This document shows, piece after piece, positions 58,766-64,000 of a stretch of 64,000 nt of DNA. Within the stretch, counting starts at the first letter, position 1. Each line of letters starts with the position of its first letter. Location of the stretch: positions 778 to 64,777 of the forward strand of contig CALXDY010000102.1 of assembly GCA_944387225.1 (NCBI GenBank), in the 5' to 3' direction. The notes below the pieces were generated by a model, which did not search any database, had not been told where the DNA came from, and was given only the letters and a program-made list of their open reading frames with translations. Both the position numbers and the translations under genes were made by a program. Source of the stretch: an uncultured Oscillospiraceae bacterium (GTDB lineage: Bacteria; Bacillota; Clostridia; Oscillospirales; Oscillospiraceae).

Positions 58766-60988
58766 ATGATTATGATGTGTGATGTGCCCCGTTATAAAGA
58801 CGTGGACATGGAAGAAATCAACAAGATCCGCGATGCTCACGTCCTGCTGAACAAAGTGGAGTATGAGCCCAAGCAGATCTACCGCGGCTACACCGACAAG
58901 CTGCTGACCATTGACGTGTCCGACTCCTCCATCAAGATCTCCGACATCCCCGCCGAGGTCAAGGAGAAGTTCGTGGGCGGCAAGGGCTACTGCCTGCGCT
59001 ACCTGTGGGACGCCACCAACCCCAACACCAAGTGGGATTCCCCCGAGAACGAGATCGTCATGTCCGCCGGCCCCATCGCCGGTATCACCCAGTATGCCGG
59101 TACCGGCAAGATGCTGGTGTGTACCATCTCTCCCCTGACCGGTATTCCCATCGACTCCAACGTGGGCGGCTTCTTCGGCCCCTACCTGAAGTTCTCCGGC
59201 TTCGACGCCCTGGAGCTGAAGGGCCAGGCTGAGGAGGACGTGATCATCGTCATCGACGGCAACAAGGGCACCATCGAGATCGATAAGGCTCCCCTGGAGC
59301 ACCTGGACGCCCATGTGATCGGTGAGGAGCTCACCGCCATGTACGCCGACAATGAGAACGACCGCAAGCATGTGGCCGTGGTGTGCGCCGGTTCCGCCGC
59401 CGACCACTGCGACCTGTCCATGCTGAACTTCACCTTCTACGATCCCCGCCGTGGCGTGGTGCGTCTGAAGCAGGCCGGCCGCGGCGGCATCGGCCGTGTG
59501 TTCCGTCACAAGAGAGTCAAGGCCATCGTGTGTAAGTATCAGGGCATCAAGAACGACCTGAACCACGTGTATGATATCTCCATCATCAACAAGACCGGTG
59601 TGAAGTATCACCGTGAGATGGCCACCCAGGATCCCAAGCAGAACAACATGAGAAAGATTGGTACCGCCAATACCATGAAGATTCTCAATGACTACGATAT
59701 TCTGCCCACCCACAACTTCAAGTTCGGCGGCACCCCCAACATCAGCGAGATGGAGCCCAAGGTATTCATCGAGAACTGGCTGACCCAGGGCGGCGCTGAC
59801 GGCTGCTGGTATGGCTGCTCCATGGCCTGCGCCAAGGCTGCCGACCACTTCAAGCTGAAGACCGGCCCTTATGCCGGACAGTGTGTGGTGGTTGACGGCC
59901 CCGAGTACGAGACCGCTGCCGGTGTAGGCCCCAACTGCGGCATCACCGATCCTCAGGTCATTCTGGAGCTGAACTTCTACTGCGATACTTACGGCATCGA
60001 CACCATCTCCTGGGGCACCATGGTGGCCTTCCTCATGGAGTGCTATGAGAACGGCATCCTGAACAAGGAGCGCACCGGCGGCCTGGAGCTGAACTTCGGC
60101 AACGCCGCTGCCGACCTGGAGCTGCTGCACATGACCGCCCGGAACGAGGGCTTCGGCAAGATCGCCGGCATGGGCACCCACAAGCAGAAGGAGTACTTCG
60201 CCGCTCAGGGCTGGGGCGACATCAACTTCATGAACGACATCGCCATGGAGCAGAAGGGCCTGGAGTATTCTGAGTACGGCTCCAAGGAGTCCCTGGCTCA
60301 GCAGGGCGGCTACGGCCTGACCAACAAGGGCCCCCAGCACGACGAGGCCTGGCTGATCTTCATGGATCAGGTCAACAACCAGATCCCCACCTTCGAGGAC
60401 AAGGCTGAGGCTCTGTACTACTATCCCCGGTTCCGTACCTGGTTCGGCCTGGTGGGTCTGTGCAAGCTGCCCTGGAACGACGTGGTGCCGGAGAACAACG
60501 CCCTTACCGACGAGCCCGCCAAGGTGCCTGAGCACGTGGACAACTACCTGAACCTGTTCTACGGCGTGACCGGCCGGAAGATCGACCGTGAGGACCTGCT
60601 GGTCATGTCCGAGCGTGTGTATAACTTCCAGCGTATCTTCAACATCCGTCTGGGCAAGGGTCTGAGAAAGCACGACGCCATCCCCTACCGTTCCGTGGGC
60701 CCTGTTACCGAGGAGGAGTATCTCTCCCGTCAGGAGCGCTATGACGGCCAGCTGGTGGAGAAGGCCGGCTATACCAAGGAGCAGATGGAGGCCATGTCCC
60801 TCCAGGAGAAGATGGCTGCCACCCGTAAGTACCGCGAGGGTGAGTACGAGAAGCTGATCGACGCTGTGTACCCCAAGCGTGGCTGGACCATGAACGGCGT
60901 GCCCAAGGTGGAGCACCTGAAGAAGATCGGCATGGACCTGCCCGAGCTGCTTGAGATTGTGGAGCCTCTGCAGGATCTGCAGCCCTAA
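58766..60988 (+). CDS. aor: Tungsten-dependent aldehyde:ferredoxin oxidoreductase family (AOR/WOR) catalytic subunit
   Basis: GGKG, SPLTG...DSNVGG.FGP.LK..GFDAL, AGRGG.G, CWYGCSMAC, GPEYET, CDTYGIDTIS, GLCK, RGW..NGVP. Confidence 0.92.
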   Translation: MIMMCDVPRYKDVDMEEINKIRDAHVLLNKVEYEPKQIYRGYTDKLLTIDVSDSSIKISDIPAEVKEKFVGGKGYCLRYLWDATNPNTKWDSPENEIVMSAGPIAGITQYAGTGKMLVCTISPLTGIPIDSNVGGFFGPYLKFSGFDALELKGQAEEDVIIVIDGNKGTIEIDKAPLEHLDAHVIGEELTAMYADNENDRKHVAVVCAGSAADHCDLSMLNFTFYDPRRGVVRLKQAGRGGIGRVFRHKRVKAIVCKYQGIKNDLNHVYDISIINKTGVKYHREMATQDPKQNNMRKIGTANTMKILNDYDILPTHNFKFGGTPNISEMEPKVFIENWLTQGGADGCWYGCSMACAKAADHFKLKTGPYAGQCVVVDGPEYETAAGVGPNCGITDPQVILELNFYCDTYGIDTISWGTMVAFLMECYENGILNKERTGGLELNFGNAAADLELLHMTARNEGFGKIAGMGTHKQKEYFAAQGWGDINFMNDIAMEQKGLEYSEYGSKESLAQQGGYGLTNKGPQHDEAWLIFMDQVNNQIPTFEDKAEALYYYPRFRTWFGLVGLCKLPWNDVVPENNALTDEPAKVPEHVDNYLNLFYGVTGRKIDREDLLVMSERVYNFQRIFNIRLGKGLRKHDAIPYRSVGPVTEEEYLSRQERYDGQLVEKAGYTKEQMEAMSLQEKMAATRKYREGEYEKLIDAVYPKRGWTMNGVPKVEHLKKIGMDLPELLEIVEPLQDLQP

Positions 60989-61007
60989 GGAAAAAGAGGT
61001 GAGCATT

Positions 61008-61205
61008 ATGATGTTGAATGACCGTCCCTATCCCGATTGGCATGAGGGGCTGACCATCCAGGGTGTCATCGAGCACATGAATTTCACATGGCCGAAGCTG
61101 GTGACCAAGGTAAATGGACAGCTGGTCTGGCCGGAGGACTACCCCAACGTGGTGTTGGCGGAGGACGACGACCTGAAAATTCATCATCTGCTCGCCGGCG
61201 GATAA
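61008..61205 (+). CDS. ThiS/MoaD-like sulfur carrier
   Basis: 65 aa, VNG, C-terminal AGG. Confidence 0.88.
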   Translation: MMLNDRPYPDWHEGLTIQGVIEHMNFTWPKLVTKVNGQLVWPEDYPNVVLAEDDDLKIHHLLAGG

Positions 61206-61215
61206 GAAACAACAG

Positions 61216-61253
61216 ACACAGGCGATTACCCCCGTGGTAATCGCCTGTGTTTT
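61216..61253 (+). terminator. Terminator of the AOR operon
   Basis: ACACAGGCGATTACC-CCCGT-GGTAATCGCCTGTGTTTT. Confidence 0.8.
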
Positions 61254-61302
61254 ATGTTATAATTCTGCCAGACGCCTAGGTAAAGGAAAGGAGCGTATTT
61301 CC

Positions 61303-62061
61303 ATGGAGGATCAGCAGCGGTACCACCGTCACTACATTCTGCCTCAGATCGGGAAAGAGGGCCAGGAGAAATTCCGCCGCAGCAAGGTATTGATCATCGG
61401 CGTAGGCGGGCTGGGCTGCCCGGTAGCCATGCAGCTGGCCGCCGCCGGCATCGGCACCATCGGACTGGTGGATTACGACGTGGTGGAGGCTTCCAACCTG
61501 CAGCGACAGGTTCTTTACACGGAACGCGATCTGGGCAAGCCCAAGGCGGAATGCGCCGCCCGACGGTTGAAGGAAATGAACAGCGAATGTGAGGTTCTTG
61601 TTTATCCGTGGAAATTAACCCAGGAGAACTGTGTGCAATTGTTCGCGGAATATGATATAATAGTGGACGCGACCGACAACTTTGACACACGCTACCTGAT
61701 TAGTGACGCCTGCGTGGAGCTGAACAAGCCCCATGTCTACGGCGCGATCTATGAGTTTTATGGCCAGGTGGCCATCCTTGGGGGCCAGGGCCCCTGTCTG
61801 CGGTGCCTCAGCGACCCGGAACGGGATCCCAGGCAGCCCATCAGCGCCCGAAAGGTGGGCGTACTGGCCCCGGTACCCGGGGTAATCGGCTCCCTTCAGG
61901 CCTGCGAGGTGCTGAAATATATTGCCGGGGCCGGGCAGTGCCTCACCGGCAGCATGATTTTTCTGGACATGCTGACCATGCAGTTTGACCGGGTGGAGCT
62001 GTCCAAAAACCCCAGATGCCCCCTGTGTGGGAACGGAGGAACACAATGGAAGAAAAACTGA
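61303..62061 (+). CDS. moeB: MoeB/ThiF-family sulfur-carrier adenylyltransferase
   Basis: [37 protein letters not shown]. Confidence 0.9.
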   Translation: MEDQQRYHRHYILPQIGKEGQEKFRRSKVLIIGVGGLGCPVAMQLAAAGIGTIGLVDYDVVEASNLQRQVLYTERDLGKPKAECAARRLKEMNSECEVLVYPWKLTQENCVQLFAEYDIIVDATDNFDTRYLISDACVELNKPHVYGAIYEFYGQVAILGGQGPCLRCLSDPERDPRQPISARKVGVLAPVPGVIGSLQACEVLKYIAGAGQCLTGSMIFLDMLTMQFDRVELSKNPRCPLCGNGGTQWKKN

Positions 62062-62522
62062 CTCACTTCGATGCCAACGGCAAGGCCATTATGGTGGATG
62101 TATCCGGCAAAGCGGAAACCTCCCGCACCGCCATCGCCTCCGGCATCATTCAGGTCAATGACAAGGTGATGCGCGCGGTGGTTGAAGGCACGGCGGAGAA
62201 GGGCGACGTCCTGGGTGTGGCCCGGGTAGCCGGGATCATGGCTGCCAAGCAGACGCCCCATCTGATCCCTATGTGCCATCCCCTGCTTTTGTCCAAGTGC
62301 GCCGTTGACTTTGAGCTTGACCAGGCGCATAATCAAATCAAAGCCCTGTGCACGGTCAAAATCAGCGGCCAGACCGGGGTGGAAATGGAAGCCCTTACCG
62401 GCGTGTCCGTGGCTCTGCTGACCATTTATGACATGTGCAAGGCCATTGACAAGCGCATGGAGCTGTCCCAAATCCACCTGGAGTACAAGTCCGGCGGAAA
62501 GAGCGGAGAGTTCGTACGATGA
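62046..62522 (+). CDS. moaC: Cyclic pyranopterin monophosphate synthase
   Basis: [43 protein letters not shown]. Confidence 0.96.
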   Translation: MEEKLTHFDANGKAIMVDVSGKAETSRTAIASGIIQVNDKVMRAVVEGTAEKGDVLGVARVAGIMAAKQTPHLIPMCHPLLLSKCAVDFELDQAHNQIKALCTVKISGQTGVEMEALTGVSVALLTIYDMCKAIDKRMELSQIHLEYKSGGKSGEFVR

Positions 62523-63496
62523 AAGACAGCTTTGGCAGAACAATTGATTATCTCCGCGTTTCCGTCACCGACCGGTGCAACCTGCGCTGCGTCTACTGCA
62601 TGCCGGAGGAAGGCGTGGAAAGCATCCCTCACAGCCAGATCCTCACCTTTGATGAGATCCATGCCCTGTGCGCCTTTATGGCCCGGTACGGGTTAAAGAA
62701 AATCAAGATCACCGGCGGCGAGCCCCTGGTGCGGAAGGGAATTCCCAACCTGATCGCTCAGCTGAAATCCATTCCCGGCATTTCCAGCGTGACCATCACC
62801 ACCAACGGAGTGCTGCTGGATTCGTACTATCATCCGCTGGTGGAGGCGGGCGTGGACTGCATCACCGTCAGCCTGGATACCCTGAGCCGGGAGAAGTATC
62901 AGGCCCTCACCCGCCGGGACCAGCTGGACGCGGTGCTCCGGGGAATTCATCTGGCCCAGGAAGAGAACCTGGTGAAACTGAAGATTAACGCCGTGCCCAC
63001 CGCCCCCCTGGACGGAGACGAGGTCATCCGCCTGGCGCAATTCGCCCAGAACCATGACACGGACGTCCGGTTTATTGAGGTCATGCCCATCGGTATGGGC
63101 ACCCAGTTCCAGGCGGTTGGTGAAAACCAGGTGCGGAGCATTCTGGAGGAACGGTTCGGTCCCATGACCATTTGTCATGAGGTGCGGGGCAACGGCCCGT
63201 CGGTATACTACTCTCTGGATGGTTTTCTGGGGAAAATCGGCTTTATCAGCGCCGTCAGTCACAAATTCTGCGATACCTGCAATCGGGTACGGCTGACCGC
63301 CGACGGCTATTTGAAGACCTGCCTGCAGTACGACACCGGCGTGATGCTCCGGCCCTACCTGCGGGACTGGGACGAGGCCGGCCTGTTCGATGCCCTGACC
63401 CGTGGGATCCAGGCCAAGCCCAAGGGCCATCACTTTGAGGCCCATGAAGAGTTTACAGATCGTGAACATCGAAAGATGTCACAGATTGGAGGATAG
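62519..63496 (+). CDS. moaA: GTP 3',8-cyclase
   Basis: [47 protein letters not shown]. Confidence 0.96.
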   Translation: MKDSFGRTIDYLRVSVTDRCNLRCVYCMPEEGVESIPHSQILTFDEIHALCAFMARYGLKKIKITGGEPLVRKGIPNLIAQLKSIPGISSVTITTNGVLLDSYYHPLVEAGVDCITVSLDTLSREKYQALTRRDQLDAVLRGIHLAQEENLVKLKINAVPTAPLDGDEVIRLAQFAQNHDTDVRFIEVMPIGMGTQFQAVGENQVRSILEERFGPMTICHEVRGNGPSVYYSLDGFLGKIGFISAVSHKFCDTCNRVRLTADGYLKTCLQYDTGVMLRPYLRDWDEAGLFDALTRGIQAKPKGHHFEAHEEFTDREHRKMSQIGG

Positions 63497-63497
63497 T

Positions 63498-64000
63498 ATG
63501 GGAAAGGTAATCGCCACCTGCATCAGCGAGATCAAGGGTGTGCAGAAGAGAAACGTACATCAGGTGACCCTGCGGGAAAATCACGGCATTGAGGGAGACG
63601 CCCACGCCGGCAACTGGCACCGCCAGGTCAGCCTGCTCTCCTGGGATAAGATCGAGGAATTCCGCCGCCGGGGCGCTGTGGTGGAAGACGGCGCCTTCGG
63701 AGAAAACCTGGTTGTGGAAGGGATTGACTTCAAAACCCTGCCCATCGGGACCCAGTTCACCTGCGGCGAGGTGGTATTGGAGCTGACCCAGATCGGCAAG
63801 GAGTGCCATCAGGGCTGTGCCATCTATCAGCAGATGGGCGACTGCATCATGCCCCGGGAAGGGGTATTTACCCGGGTGCTCCGCGGCGGCGTGATCCAGG
63901 AAGGAGACGATCTGGAAATCAGCTTTCTCCCCTTTCGGGTAGCCATTATCACTTCCAGCGACTCCGGCTATCAGGGGCAGCGTGAGGACAAAAGCGCCCC
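63498..64000 (+). CDS. MOSC domain fused to a MogA/MoaB-like domain (runs off the window)
   Basis: MGKVIATCIS..KG..K, GIEGDAHAG.WHRQVSLLS, GAFGEN, TQIGKECH.GC...CIMPREG.F; then RVAIITSSD.GY.G.REDKS (MogA start). Confidence 0.88.
   Translation, partial: MGKVIATCISEIKGVQKRNVHQVTLRENHGIEGDAHAGNWHRQVSLLSWDKIEEFRRRGAVVEDGAFGENLVVEGIDFKTLPIGTQFTCGEVVLELTQIGKECHQGCAIYQQMGDCIMPREGVFTRVLRGGVIQEGDDLEISFLPFRVAIITSSDSGYQGQREDKSA

Overview
A ~60% GC chromosomal window from a spore-forming anaerobic Firmicute (spoIIP, SLH protein; gene set typical of Oscillospiraceae-like gut Clostridia). (1) 1-~2070: AT-rich edge of an acquired island. It holds a 5'-truncated ASCH/PUA-like + P-loop kinase + MazG-like fusion and an IS110 remnant. 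(2) ~2.1-23.7 kb: a dense run of small accessory detox/regulatory genes (GNAT, CatP-like CAT, flavodoxins, LysR, XRE, TetR, peptide deformylase, SDR, DUF5714-ArsC, BlaI/M56), with a few decayed genes. (3) 23.9-46.2 kb: mostly core genes (mfd, PrsA-like PPIase, GH26-like SLH protein, P-type ATPase, xanthine-dehydrogenase-family operon with MocA, spoIIP, TauE, DUF1846, pyrG). (4) 46.3-64 kb: the most interesting part. A trans-4-hydroxy-L-proline dehydratase (HypD) and its activase sit inside a tungsten-enzyme locus: tupABC + two moeA + MOSC under a Moco/Tuco-type riboswitch, then ferredoxin + AOR + ThiS/MoaD, then moeB-moaC-moaA-MOSC/MogA, flanked by an amino-acid symporter. No P5C reductase or dehydrogenase is in the window. 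This suggests, as inference, a hydroxyproline -> P5C/glutamate-5-semialdehyde -> glutamate route using a tungsten aldehyde:ferredoxin oxidoreductase. All calls come from reading motifs by eye; no database search was run.
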